From contig DATIWD010000136.1 in NCBI GenBank assembly GCA_035519565.1, positions 5,964 through 69,963 of the forward strand: a stretch of 64,000 bases of DNA, read 5' to 3'. This DNA comes from Gemmatimonadales bacterium (GTDB lineage: Bacteria > Gemmatimonadota > Gemmatimonadetes > Gemmatimonadales > GWC2-71-9). The notes below the pieces were generated by a model that was given only the letters and a program-made list of their open reading frames with translations, was not told where the DNA came from and did not search any database. A program made the position numbers and the translations under genes. Shown here piece after piece: positions 18,320 to 27,388 of the stretch; within the stretch, counting starts at the first letter, position 1; each line of letters starts with the position of its first letter.

Positions 18320-18698
18320 GTGAAGTGGCAGGCAACCTTTTTGGGGTAAGTGGCATCAATATGCTTCGCAGGACGAGGCAACCCCAGACCAGGCGGACAC
18401 CATGACGGTAGCGATGTGTCTTGGCGATGAGGATGGCTTGGAGCTCAAGGACGAGCACGGCCGGGTGATCGGCCGCGTCTATCATTCGACCAGCGTGGCC
18501 CCGGTGGGACCCGGGCAGGGAGCGGTGTATCTCGCTCGTACGGCCGCCGGTTCAGGTGCCCAGACCCGACCGGCAGCCTGCGTCTTAGCGCTTTCTGAAC
18601 GGCCTGCGGCTGGTGCGTGGGAGAGGCCCGGTTAAGTTTGCCCGGACCCGTCTCCGGACCGCCAACTGAGCCCGCGCGCACTCCTCCATACCACCCTG

Positions 18699-19805
18699 TT
18701 GGTCTCATTCCTCGGCGCCCCAGCCTCCCTGGCGGCCCAGGACAGCACGCGAAGTCTTTCCTGGCGGACGCAATTCACGCTCTACGCCGATAACACTGAG
18801 TTCTTCAATCCGTACCGCGCGGGAGAAACCCTGCTCGGCGGGAATTTCTGGTCCTGGCTCAACTTCGGGATCACTCCACACTCGACGGTGCGGGCCGGGC
18901 TCTTCTTCGATCATCGGAGCGGCGACGACAAGTTCGCGACCCAGATCCTCCCGGTCATCTCCTATCGGTACACCACTGATCACGACCTCGGCGTCCTCGG
19001 CACCCTGGAGACGGTGCGCCGCCACGGCTACCTGGCGCCGCTCGAGGTACTCCAGCTCGACATCACCCGGCCGGTGGAGTACGGCGGACAGTGGATCACC
19101 CGCCGCAAGCATTTCGACGGGGAGGTCTACATCAACTGGCAGGTCCTCAACACGCCCAGCAGCCGCGAGGTCTTCGACTACGGCTGGTTGCTCACGGCCA
19201 AGCCGGTTCCCTGGGCCCAGCTGAACTGGCAGACGCACGGGCTCCATCGCGGAGGCCAGCTGTTCGACATCGGGCCGGTCCGGAACAACTATGCCAATGG
19301 CCTGGGCCTCCGGCTCGAGTTCCCGGTGCCCACCGTGAAGAGCGCCTATGTCTGGGGCTACAAGTTCTGGAGCTCCGGCAACGCCAGCTTGTCGATTCCG
19401 GACAGCGTCCTGCCCGGTGGCAATGGACACGGGACCTATTTGCAGACCGGGATCCGGCCGGCCGGCTTCGACATCTACGGGATCTGGTGGTGGGGGAACA
19501 AGTATCTGGCTAACGAAGGAGACCCCAATTACAACTCGATCGGTCGGGACACCGTCTTCAAGGCGGATCGCTTCTATTTCGAGCTGGGCTTCCTCAAGCA
19601 TCTGGTGACCAAGTCGGGCATCGGCACCGACTTCGAGCTCCGCTTCCATCAGATCGACCATCGCAAGAGCATCGCCATCGACAACAGCACCTGGGAGTAT
19701 TCCTACCGCATCATGGTCCGGGTGCCGTTCGATCTCCTGCTCTGGAAGGAGAAGAAGCCCTCCGAGGCTCGCAAGGAAGGGGACCAGGAGCCGGGCCCAC
19801 CCTAA
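18699..19805 (+). CDS. hypothetical outer-membrane/secreted protein (beta-rich)
   Basis: Long ORF with alternating hydrophobic pattern. The first canonical start (TTG 18699) leaves only the tail of a signal peptide (..SLAAQ|D). See the finding on a possible CTG start at 18666. Confidence 0.7.
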   Translation: MVSFLGAPASLAAQDSTRSLSWRTQFTLYADNTEFFNPYRAGETLLGGNFWSWLNFGITPHSTVRAGLFFDHRSGDDKFATQILPVISYRYTTDHDLGVLGTLETVRRHGYLAPLEVLQLDITRPVEYGGQWITRRKHFDGEVYINWQVLNTPSSREVFDYGWLLTAKPVPWAQLNWQTHGLHRGGQLFDIGPVRNNYANGLGLRLEFPVPTVKSAYVWGYKFWSSGNASLSIPDSVLPGGNGHGTYLQTGIRPAGFDIYGIWWWGNKYLANEGDPNYNSIGRDTVFKADRFYFELGFLKHLVTKSGIGTDFELRFHQIDHRKSIAIDNSTWEYSYRIMVRVPFDLLLWKEKKPSEARKEGDQEPGPP

Positions 19806-19895
19806 CCCTCGGGGCTTCCGGCCGATAGTTTATAGCCTGCGGGGGGCTCGGCCGAGCTGCCCCACTCCTACATAATTCGGAACCTGGAGCTCGCC

Positions 19896-20855
19896 ATGCG
19901 TCCTCGACTCTTCGCCGTCGCCGCAGTCTGCTGTTGTCTCCCAGTCACGGTTGGCGCCCAGATCCCCAAGATCAAGACGCCGAAAGTCAATGTGCCGGGC
20001 CAGAACAAGGAGCAGCAGACCGCCCCGGCCAAGCCCAAGTGCGACATCTCCACCGTGGTGATCTCCAACGAGGTGGTCACTCGTTACCTGAAGGCGCTGG
20101 ACGCTCGGGACGCCGAGATCCGCTCCATCGCCAAGGAGAACTCAGCGATGGGTCGCTACTACGCCGCGATGTTCAAGCAACAGGACGAGAAGCGCCGGTG
20201 GAACGACTTCCAGGCCGGCGTCGGCCCCGACTACGTTCGCGAGCAGGAGGCGTTCAAGAAGGCCAAGACTGATGTCAACGCCTACAGGACGGTGGTCGAG
20301 ATCGAGCAGAGCGTAAGACCCAGCGATACCAAGTTGCCGGAGACCTCCTTCGAGGACCAGAAGACGGCCAACGATCGGATCGACGCGGCGATGCGCAAAG
20401 CCGGGAACTTCGAGGACTGCGATTGGGCTGGCGTGAATGATGTGGTGCCGGCGGTGACCTATGCCATCAGCGAGAATCCCAACCTCAAGCCGGCCGATGT
20501 CCATGTCGGTCGGTCCACAGGGGTCTCGGCGGATGAGTTGGCGGCGGTGCGAGCCAAGCGGATGGACCTCGCCAAGGGGCTCGGCATTGCCTACAAATCG
20601 GATTCCGTAGCAACGGCCGAGAAGAGTGGCAGGGCCACCAAGCGGATCGAGGTCGGTACCGACCCGATGGCGGCGTACAACCTCTGTACCCAGATCGAGA
20701 CGAAGTCGTCCCTGGACTACATCGCGCAACATCAGGCCGAGATCGATGCGGCCCAGAAGACCGGCGACTACCAGAAGGTGGCGGAAATCTCCGCCAAGGC
20801 GAACGAAGGCATGGTGGTCGCCAACACCAAGTGTCAGCCACTGATGCCGCACTGA
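19896..20855 (+). CDS. hypothetical secreted protein, Lys/Asp/Glu-rich
   Basis: GGAG SD and a signal peptide ending TVGAQ. No recognisable motif. Confidence 0.7.
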   Translation: MRPRLFAVAAVCCCLPVTVGAQIPKIKTPKVNVPGQNKEQQTAPAKPKCDISTVVISNEVVTRYLKALDARDAEIRSIAKENSAMGRYYAAMFKQQDEKRRWNDFQAGVGPDYVREQEAFKKAKTDVNAYRTVVEIEQSVRPSDTKLPETSFEDQKTANDRIDAAMRKAGNFEDCDWAGVNDVVPAVTYAISENPNLKPADVHVGRSTGVSADELAAVRAKRMDLAKGLGIAYKSDSVATAEKSGRATKRIEVGTDPMAAYNLCTQIETKSSLDYIAQHQAEIDAAQKTGDYQKVAEISAKANEGMVVANTKCQPLMPH

Positions 20856-20856
20856 G

Positions 20857-21789
20857 ATGAAAGCCCTGCAGTTTCTCGCCGTCGGTCTGGCCCTGGGGTG
20901 GGGTGACCACCCGACGGGGAGCCTTGGGGTGCGGACCGAGGCGGGTTGGGTCACCTGGTGGGAGGCCGATCGGGCACCCGCTCAGTGGACCGCTCCCGAC
21001 CCGGTGGTCAATTCCGCTCTGCGCTGGCGACGCGGCGCTACCGGTGTCGAGTGGGCGGAGCTGGAGCTCAACGGGAGCGGTGAGGCCTGGCGGACCCGCA
21101 CTGTGATCGTCCGGATCGATCCCCGCCTGGTCAAGCTGCGTCTCGCCAACGGAGTGGCTCCCGGTGGATCGCTCGCGGTCTGGAGTGTGGACGAGGCCCC
21201 CGACGAGGCGGTGGTCAGCCTCAACGCCGGCCAGTTCGCCGGGGGCGCGGTCTGGGGCTGGGTGGTGCACGAAGGAGTCGAGTACCGCCCCCCGGGCCGG
21301 GGTCCCCTGGCTGCGGCGGTCATCATCGAGGCCGATGGCAGCGTCCGCCTGGCCGACGACGCCGAGGTGGCGAGGCGGCGGGTCGACGGGGAGCCCGATC
21401 ACCCGGTCGGCGTGGTCGAGGCCTTTCAGTCGTACCCGCTCCTGCTCGAGGGAGATGGGCGAGTCCCCAGCGTCCTGCTCGAGGGGAGCCCCGACATCGA
21501 TCTGGGTCACCGCGATGCCCGCCTGGCCCTGGGGGCGCTGGCGGATGGCCGGCTGGTGGTGGCCCTGACCCGCTTCGACGCGCTAGGGCCCGCCTTCGGC
21601 GGCGTGCCTTTCGGTCTCACGATTCCGGAAATCTCCGCCGTGATGGGCGCCTTGGGATGCCGCTGGGCGGTGGCACTGGACGGCGGGGTCTCCGCTCAAC
21701 TCGCGCTCCGGGATTCGGCCGGCACCTTCCAGGCGTGGCACGGTCTTCGTCGCGTGCCCCTGGCCCTGATCGCCACTCCCCAGAACTGA
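20857..21789 (+). CDS. phosphodiester glycosidase family protein (DUF2233/NAGPA-like)
   Basis: LNAGQFAGG, HRDARLALG and AVALDGGVSAQL segments match the conserved blocks of the DUF2233 family. Confidence 0.7.
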   Translation: MKALQFLAVGLALGWGDHPTGSLGVRTEAGWVTWWEADRAPAQWTAPDPVVNSALRWRRGATGVEWAELELNGSGEAWRTRTVIVRIDPRLVKLRLANGVAPGGSLAVWSVDEAPDEAVVSLNAGQFAGGAVWGWVVHEGVEYRPPGRGPLAAAVIIEADGSVRLADDAEVARRRVDGEPDHPVGVVEAFQSYPLLLEGDGRVPSVLLEGSPDIDLGHRDARLALGALADGRLVVALTRFDALGPAFGGVPFGLTIPEISAVMGALGCRWAVALDGGVSAQLALRDSAGTFQAWHGLRRVPLALIATPQN

Positions 21790-22007
21790 TTCGCCGTCCC
21801 CTCTTTCGAGTTAGTCGGACGGACTTCCGCAGGGCTGCTCGCGCCCGGCGGCTACCGCGTTTTACTGCTCCCACCCATCAGCCAATTGGTTATTCGGATC
21901 AACGGAACCGATCTAGCTTGATGCCCGGAGAACGGGTGGCGCCTCGGTGCCTGACACTCTTGGCTGGGGGTTCGCCTCTCTCAGTGATGTGCAGCCAGGA
22001 GCGTTTC

Positions 22008-22080
22008 GGGCCTCTAGTTTAGTGGCAGAACGCTTGACTGCGGATCAAGAAGCATCGGTTCGATTCCGTTGGGGTCCACC
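22008..22080 (+). tRNA. tRNA with anticodon GCG (formally tRNA-Arg) and an Ala-like acceptor stem
   Basis: Hand-folded cloverleaf. Acceptor GGGCCUC/GGGGUCC (G3:U70, U6:G67). U8. D arm GUUU-AGUGGCA-GAAC. Anticodon arm CUUGA-CUGCGGA-UCAAG. Variable AAGC. T arm AUCGG-UUCGAUU-CCGUU (one U:U). Discriminator A, then CC. Invariants U8, A14, G18G19, A21, U33, G53, T54, T55, C56, A58 and C61 are present. Confidence 0.85.
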
Positions 22081-22226
22081 GTTCCAGGTTGTGCCCAATA
22101 TTTGTTGCGGTGTGTCGTCCGGAGTAGTAGGTTCTTACGTGCCTGGCGGTAACTGGGCCTCGCAAGCCTGCGCTGGAATCGGCGCAAAGGAGCCCTCAGG
22201 CGTAAACGGTGGACCCTATGGGGCCC

Positions 22227-22265
22227 GAATGGCCCCCTCGAGAACGAGGGGGCCATTCTAGTTTT
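22227..22265 (+). terminator. Rho-independent terminator
   Basis: Perfect 14-bp stem GAAUGGCCCCCUCG / CGAGGGGGCCAUUC with an AGAA loop, followed by UAGUUUU. It lies about 145 nt downstream of the tRNA. Confidence 0.75.
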
Positions 22266-22361
22266 GAGGAACCGAGACGTCGGTCATTTCGAGCCTCGCC
22301 GGCCCCGATAACGACCACCGCAACGTCATTCAGATCAATAGGTTAGACGCGCTCTCCCGGC

Positions 22362-22391
22362 TTGCCGCGCCGAGGGCGACCCGGCTATACT
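22362..22391 (+). promoter_or_regulatory. candidate sigma-70 promoter of gyrA
   Basis: TTGCCG (22362-22367), an 18-nt spacer and TATACT (22386-22391), 47 nt upstream of the gyrA ATG. Confidence 0.3.
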
Positions 22392-22437
22392 TCTACGTTC
22401 TGCAGCACGACTTGTCGTCACCCCCACCAGGCCCGGC

Positions 22438-24930
22438 ATGACCGCACCTAATTCGCGCGAACGGATCCTCCCGAGGCTCATCGAAGAGGAGATGCAGCAG
22501 TCGTTCATCAACTATTCGATGAGCGTGATCGTGTCGCGCGCGCTGCCCGACGCGCGCGACGGGCTCAAGCCGGTGCACCGGCGGATTCTCTATGCCATGA
22601 ACGAGCTGGGCCTGGTCCCCGGGCGCCCCTACAAGAAGGCCGCGACCGTGGTGGGCGACGTGCTGGGCAAGTATCACCCGCACGGCGACGGGTCGGTCTA
22701 CGACGCGCTGGTGCGCATGGTGCAGGACTTCTCGCTGCGCTATCCGCTGGTGGACGGGCAGGGGAATTTCGGCTCGGTGGACGGCGATCCGCCGGCGGCG
22801 TACCGCTACACCGAGGCCCGCCTGACGACGGTCGCGATGGCGATGCTGGAAGACATCGAGAAGAACACGGTGGACTTCCAGGCCAACTTCGACGACCGGC
22901 TGCGCGAGCCCACCGTGCTCCCGGCCAAGATCCCCAACCTGCTGGTCAACGGGTCGAGCGGGATCGCGGTCGGCATGGCCACCAACATTCCGCCCCACAA
23001 CCTGAAAGAGGTCGCCAAGGCGGTCGAGGTCCTGATCGACAATCCGGACGCGACCATCGCGGAGCTCCGGAAGCACATCCAGGGCCCCGACTTCCCCACC
23101 GGCGCGTACATCTACGGCCGGGAGGGGCTGCAGGGGGCCTACGAGGACGGCAAGGGCCGGGTGGTGATGCGGGCGCGGGCCTTGATCGAGGAGCGGGAAT
23201 CGAGCGGCAAGTCGCAGATCGTGGTGACCGAGATCCCCTACCAGGTCAACAAGGAAAATCTGGTCGCCGCCATCGCCGAGCTGGCGCTCGCGAAGAAGAT
23301 CGAGGGGATCACCGGGGTCCGGGACGAGTCTGACAAGGACGGCATGCGGATCGTGGTGGAGCTCAAGCGGGACTGCCTGCCCAACGTGGTCCTGAACCAG
23401 CTCTACAAGCACACCGCCATGCAGTCCACCTTCGGTGTGATCATGCTGGCGCTCGACAAGGGCGTGCCGAAGGTGATGAACCTGAAGCAGCTGCTCCAGA
23501 TCTGGATCGACCACCGGCACGAGATGGTGGTCCGGCGCACCCAGTTCGACCTCGACGCGGCCCAGGCCCGGGAGCACATCCTCGAGGGCCTCAAGATCGC
23601 GGTGGACAACATCGACGAGGTGGTCGAGGTCATCAAGAAGTCGAAGGACGTACCCGACGCCGATGCCCGCCTCCGCAAGCGGTTCAAGCTCTCGGAAAAG
23701 CAGAGCGAGGCCATCCTCAACATGCGCCTGGCCCGGCTCACCGGTCTCGAGATCGAGAAGCTGGAGGCCGAGCTCAAGGAGGTACGGGCCACGATCAAGA
23801 GTCTCAAGGCGATCCTGGCCTCCAAGCCCAAGCGGCTCGCCATCCTCAAGGAGGAGATGGCGGAGATCGCCGCCCAGTTCGGCGACGAGCGCCGGACCGA
23901 GATCGTGGCCGACCAGAGCACCTTTTCGGTGGAGGACCTCATCGCCGAAGAGGACATGGTCATCACCATCTCCCATACCGGCTACATCAAGCGGATCGCG
24001 GTTTCCACCTATCGGCGCCAGCGCCGGGGTGGACGCGGCCTCAACGGGATGGGGACCAAGGAAGACGACTGGGTCGAGCATCTTTTCATCGCGAGCACCC
24101 ACGACTACCTGATGTTCTTCACCAACACCGGGCAGGTCTACTGGCTCAAGGTCCACGAGATCCCGCAGGGCGGGCGGGCCAGCCGGGGGAAGCCGGTGGT
24201 GAACTGCATCGCGATCAAGCCCGATGAGGCGGTCGCGGCGACGGTGGCGGTACGGGACTTCTCGGACGACAAGTGGCTGATCTTCGCCACCCGGCTGGGG
24301 ACGGTGAAGAAGACGGTGCTCTCCGCCTACGGCAACGTGCGTTCCACCGGGATCAACGCGATCAATATCGACAAGGGCGACGAGCTGATCGACGTCCAGG
24401 TCTGCGATTCCAACAGCGACATCATCCTGGCCACCGCCGACGGGATGAGCATCCGGTTCCAGCAGGGCGACGTCCGGGAAATGGGCCGGGTGGCCGCCGG
24501 TGTGAAGGGGATCGAGCTGGAGAAGGGCGACCAGGTGATCGGGATGGTCGTGGTGCGCCGGGATGCGACGCTGCTGGTCGTGAGCGAGAAGGGCTACGGC
24601 AAGCGGTCCGAGCTCTCCGACTACCGGGTGCAGCACCGGGGCGGGAAGGGCATCATCACGCTCAAGAAGACCGACAAGACCGGGGTCATGGTGGCGCTCA
24701 AGGAAGTGCAGCCCGCCGACGAGCTGATGATGATCACCCGCCATGGCGTGATCATCCGGCTGCCGGTCGACGGCATCCGGGTCATCGGCCGCAATACCCA
24801 GGGAGTCCGGGTCATGAACCTCGACGCCGGCGACACGGTGGTGGACGTGGCGCGGGTGGTGAACGAGGACGAGGGCGGGCCCGAGGACGCGCCCGATGTG
24901 GAGCCCACGCCCACGGCGGCGGAGGAGTGA
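22438..24930 (+). CDS. gyrA: DNA gyrase subunit A
   Basis: [19 protein letters not shown], catalytic-Tyr block [12 protein letters not shown], and a C-terminal beta-pinwheel with repeated G.GV.G motifs. Confidence 0.97.
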   Translation: MTAPNSRERILPRLIEEEMQQSFINYSMSVIVSRALPDARDGLKPVHRRILYAMNELGLVPGRPYKKAATVVGDVLGKYHPHGDGSVYDALVRMVQDFSLRYPLVDGQGNFGSVDGDPPAAYRYTEARLTTVAMAMLEDIEKNTVDFQANFDDRLREPTVLPAKIPNLLVNGSSGIAVGMATNIPPHNLKEVAKAVEVLIDNPDATIAELRKHIQGPDFPTGAYIYGREGLQGAYEDGKGRVVMRARALIEERESSGKSQIVVTEIPYQVNKENLVAAIAELALAKKIEGITGVRDESDKDGMRIVVELKRDCLPNVVLNQLYKHTAMQSTFGVIMLALDKGVPKVMNLKQLLQIWIDHRHEMVVRRTQFDLDAAQAREHILEGLKIAVDNIDEVVEVIKKSKDVPDADARLRKRFKLSEKQSEAILNMRLARLTGLEIEKLEAELKEVRATIKSLKAILASKPKRLAILKEEMAEIAAQFGDERRTEIVADQSTFSVEDLIAEEDMVITISHTGYIKRIAVSTYRRQRRGGRGLNGMGTKEDDWVEHLFIASTHDYLMFFTNTGQVYWLKVHEIPQGGRASRGKPVVNCIAIKPDEAVAATVAVRDFSDDKWLIFATRLGTVKKTVLSAYGNVRSTGINAINIDKGDELIDVQVCDSNSDIILATADGMSIRFQQGDVREMGRVAAGVKGIELEKGDQVIGMVVVRRDATLLVVSEKGYGKRSELSDYRVQHRGGKGIITLKKTDKTGVMVALKEVQPADELMMITRHGVIIRLPVDGIRVIGRNTQGVRVMNLDAGDTVVDVARVVNEDEGGPEDAPDVEPTPTAAEE

Positions 24931-25000
24931 TTTCTGCTTGCCAAAGCCGTAGGGCGCCTGTAGCTTCGCGCCCAATCCCTGGCGAGACGCGCGGCGTGCC

Positions 25001-25957
25001 GTGACCGGCGCGACCGTACCGTTGGAGGCCATTCGGGACGCCGCTCGACGCCTGCGGGGTGTCGCGGTCGCCACCCCGCTGGTCGAGGTCCCGAGCCTGA
25101 GCGCGCGGCTCGGCGTGCCGGTCCGCCTGAAGGCCGAGCACCTGCAACCCATCGGCGCCTTCAAGATCCGCGGGGCCTTCAACGCCATCGCGCGGCTGGA
25201 ACCGGCGGAGCGGGCCCGCGGCGTGGTGACCCACTCCAGCGGCAATCATGGACAGGCCGTGGCCTACGCGGCTCGGCAATTGGGCGTGCGGGCCGTCGTC
25301 GTCATGCCGGCTGGCGCGGCCCGAGTGAAGGTCGAGGGCGTCCGGCGCTACGGTGGTGAGGTCGTCTTCGTTCCGGTGCCGGCGGAGCGGGAAGCCAAGG
25401 CCGCGGCTCTGGCGGAGGCGGAAGGGCTGGTGCCCATCCCGCCCTATGAGAATCCCGACGTCATCGCGGGCCAGGCGACCTGTGGCCTCGAGATCCTGGA
25501 CGCGTGGCCCCAAGTGGGAACCATCCTGGTCCCGGTCGGTGGAGGCGGGCTGATTGGAGGGATCGCCCGCGCGGTCAGCCTGGTCCGGCCCGAGGTCCAG
25601 GTGATCGGCGTCGAGCCCACCGGGGCCGCCAAGCTGAGTGCGGCGCTCGCGGCCGGGCAGCCCGTTCGCCTGAAGGAAACCGCCAGCCTGGCCGACGGGC
25701 TGCTCCCGCTCTCGGTGGGTCAACTTCCCTTTGCGCAGCTGCGCGGAGTGGTTCGCGAAGCGGTGGCGGTGACCGACGAGGAGTTGGCCGGCGCCGTGCG
25801 CTTCCTGCATGAGGAGGCCGGGCTTCGGGTCGAGCCCTCCGGCGCGGCCACCACGGCGGCCTTGCTCGCCGGCCGGGTCCGGCCGACCTCGCCGACCGTG
25901 GCCGTGGTGAGCGGGGGGAACGTGGACCCTGGACTCTTCGAGAGCCTGGTGCGCTGA
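25001..25957 (+). CDS. threonine/serine dehydratase (PLP-dependent ammonia-lyase, short form without regulatory domain)
   Basis: PLP-Lys motif QPIGAFKIRGA, HSSGNHGQAVAYAA, Gly-rich loop VPVGGGGLIGG. 318 aa. GTG start. Confidence 0.85.
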   Translation: MTGATVPLEAIRDAARRLRGVAVATPLVEVPSLSARLGVPVRLKAEHLQPIGAFKIRGAFNAIARLEPAERARGVVTHSSGNHGQAVAYAARQLGVRAVVVMPAGAARVKVEGVRRYGGEVVFVPVPAEREAKAAALAEAEGLVPIPPYENPDVIAGQATCGLEILDAWPQVGTILVPVGGGGLIGGIARAVSLVRPEVQVIGVEPTGAAKLSAALAAGQPVRLKETASLADGLLPLSVGQLPFAQLRGVVREAVAVTDEELAGAVRFLHEEAGLRVEPSGAATTAALLAGRVRPTSPTVAVVSGGNVDPGLFESLVR

Positions 25958-27388
25958 ATGAGCCTCGCCCCCAAGATCCTGGTCGCCGACGACGACCAGG
26001 CCCTGACCCGGACCCTCTCCTGGATCCTCAAGGAGAACGGGTACGAGGTGGTCAGCGTTCCCACCGGCGAACATCTCTTCGAACATCTTGCCACCGACCA
26101 ATTCGATCTGCTCCTGCTCGACATCATGATGCCCCGGATCGACGGTCTCCAGCTACTGGAGCGGCTCAAGGCCGACCCCAGGCACAAGGACCTGCCAGTG
26201 CTCATGATCTCCTCGATGCCTCCCGAGGAGGCCACGGTCCGTTCGCTCGGACTGGGCGCCGCCGACTTCATCTCGAAACCGTTTCGGGTGCGGGAGCTGC
26301 TGGCTCGCGTCAAGGCGCACCTCCGGGTCGGTCGGGAGCTGAATCAGGCTCGGGCCGAGGCCCGCTCCCGGAGCGAGATGGTGGACATCCTCCAGGAAGT
26401 CACCGCCTCGCTCAAGCCCGACGAGATCTATCACATCCTGGTCCGTCGGGTGGCGCGCGGGCTCCGGATCTCCAAGTGCTCGCTGATCATCGCCAATCCG
26501 GGTGACGAGCATGGCGTGGTGGTAGCCGCCTACGAGAATCCGATGCTCCGAAACCTGCGGGTAGACATGCGCCGCTACCCCGAAGTGGTGCGCGCGCTGG
26601 AGACTCGGCAGGTGGTGCTGGTGCAGGACGTGCTCACCGATCCGCTGTTCCAGGATGCCCGGGCCGAGTGGGAAGCCGAGGGGCGGATGGTCCCGACCCG
26701 TTCGGTGATCGCGCTGCCGTTTACGCTCCGCGATCAGCCGGCCGGTATCTTCTTCATCCGGACCACGGCCGAGGACCCGCCGCTCAATCGGCAGGATGTG
26801 GAATTCGCGGAGCAGGTGATTCACGCCGCGGTGGCCGCGCTGGAAAAGGCCTACGATCTCGAGAACGCGGTGCTGGGGCAGGAGCAGATGCGGCAGCTGG
26901 CGGAGACCGATCCCCTCACCGAGACCTTCAACCGCCGGGCGCTGACCGAGAAGCTGCAGCAGGAAATCGAGCGGGCCAACCGATACGCCACCTTCCTCAC
27001 GTGCCTGATGATCGACATCGACAACTTCAAGTTGATCAACGACACCTACGGACACCTGGTGGGAGACAACGTGCTGCGCCAGCTGGCCGGGATCTTCCGC
27101 CGGGAGCAGCGTGCGGTGGACATCGTGGCCCGCTACGGCGGCGAGGAATTCGTGATTCTGCTGCCGGAGACCGCCAACAGCGGCGCCCGGATCTTCGCCG
27201 AACGGATCCTGCGCCGGGTGGCGACCCACGATTTCGGCGACGCCAACCGGCCGGTACGGGCGACCATCAGCATCGGGATCGCCTCCTACCCCGACGATCG
27301 GGTCAGCGACGGCGAGGGACTGCTCAAGCTGGCCGACGCCAACCTGTACAAGGCCAAGATGGACGGCCGGAACCGGTTCCGCGATTGA
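25958..27388 (+). CDS. response regulator receiver - GAF - GGDEF diguanylate cyclase
   Basis: REC domain (ILVADDD..., LLLLDIMMP). Central GAF-like region. GGDEF domain with an intact RYGGEEF active site and RAVD I-site five residues upstream. Confidence 0.9.
   Translation: MSLAPKILVADDDQALTRTLSWILKENGYEVVSVPTGEHLFEHLATDQFDLLLLDIMMPRIDGLQLLERLKADPRHKDLPVLMISSMPPEEATVRSLGLGAADFISKPFRVRELLARVKAHLRVGRELNQARAEARSRSEMVDILQEVTASLKPDEIYHILVRRVARGLRISKCSLIIANPGDEHGVVVAAYENPMLRNLRVDMRRYPEVVRALETRQVVLVQDVLTDPLFQDARAEWEAEGRMVPTRSVIALPFTLRDQPAGIFFIRTTAEDPPLNRQDVEFAEQVIHAAVAALEKAYDLENAVLGQEQMRQLAETDPLTETFNRRALTEKLQQEIERANRYATFLTCLMIDIDNFKLINDTYGHLVGDNVLRQLAGIFRREQRAVDIVARYGGEEFVILLPETANSGARIFAERILRRVATHDFGDANRPVRATISIGIASYPDDRVSDGEGLLKLADANLYKAKMDGRNRFRD

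Noticed and set aside
18311-18342. Hairpin GGUUGC-N12-GCAACC followed by UUUUU on the plus strand, which looks like an intrinsic terminator or the 3' end of an sRNA.
   Set aside because: There is no plus-strand gene upstream to terminate, since the region is antisense to the ECF sigma 5' end. The same bases overlap the candidate -35 element of the sigma promoter on the other strand. No independent support for an sRNA.
22218-22349. A 43-codon ORF (MGPEWPPRERGGHSSFEE...) spanning the terminator hairpin upstream of gyrA.
   Set aside because: It reads straight through a 14-bp terminator stem and has no SD. It is most likely fortuitous.
22393-25245. Very long ORFs antisense to or overlapping confident genes. 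Examples are the 950-aa ORF opposite gyrA, 3563-6274 (903 aa), 27286-29868 (860 aa), 56281-58356 (691 aa) and 6466-8451 (661 aa).
   Set aside because: Their products are Arg/Gly/Pro/His-rich low-complexity strings without motifs. They lie opposite genes with unmistakable conserved motifs. Long stop-free antisense frames are expected in about 70% GC DNA.
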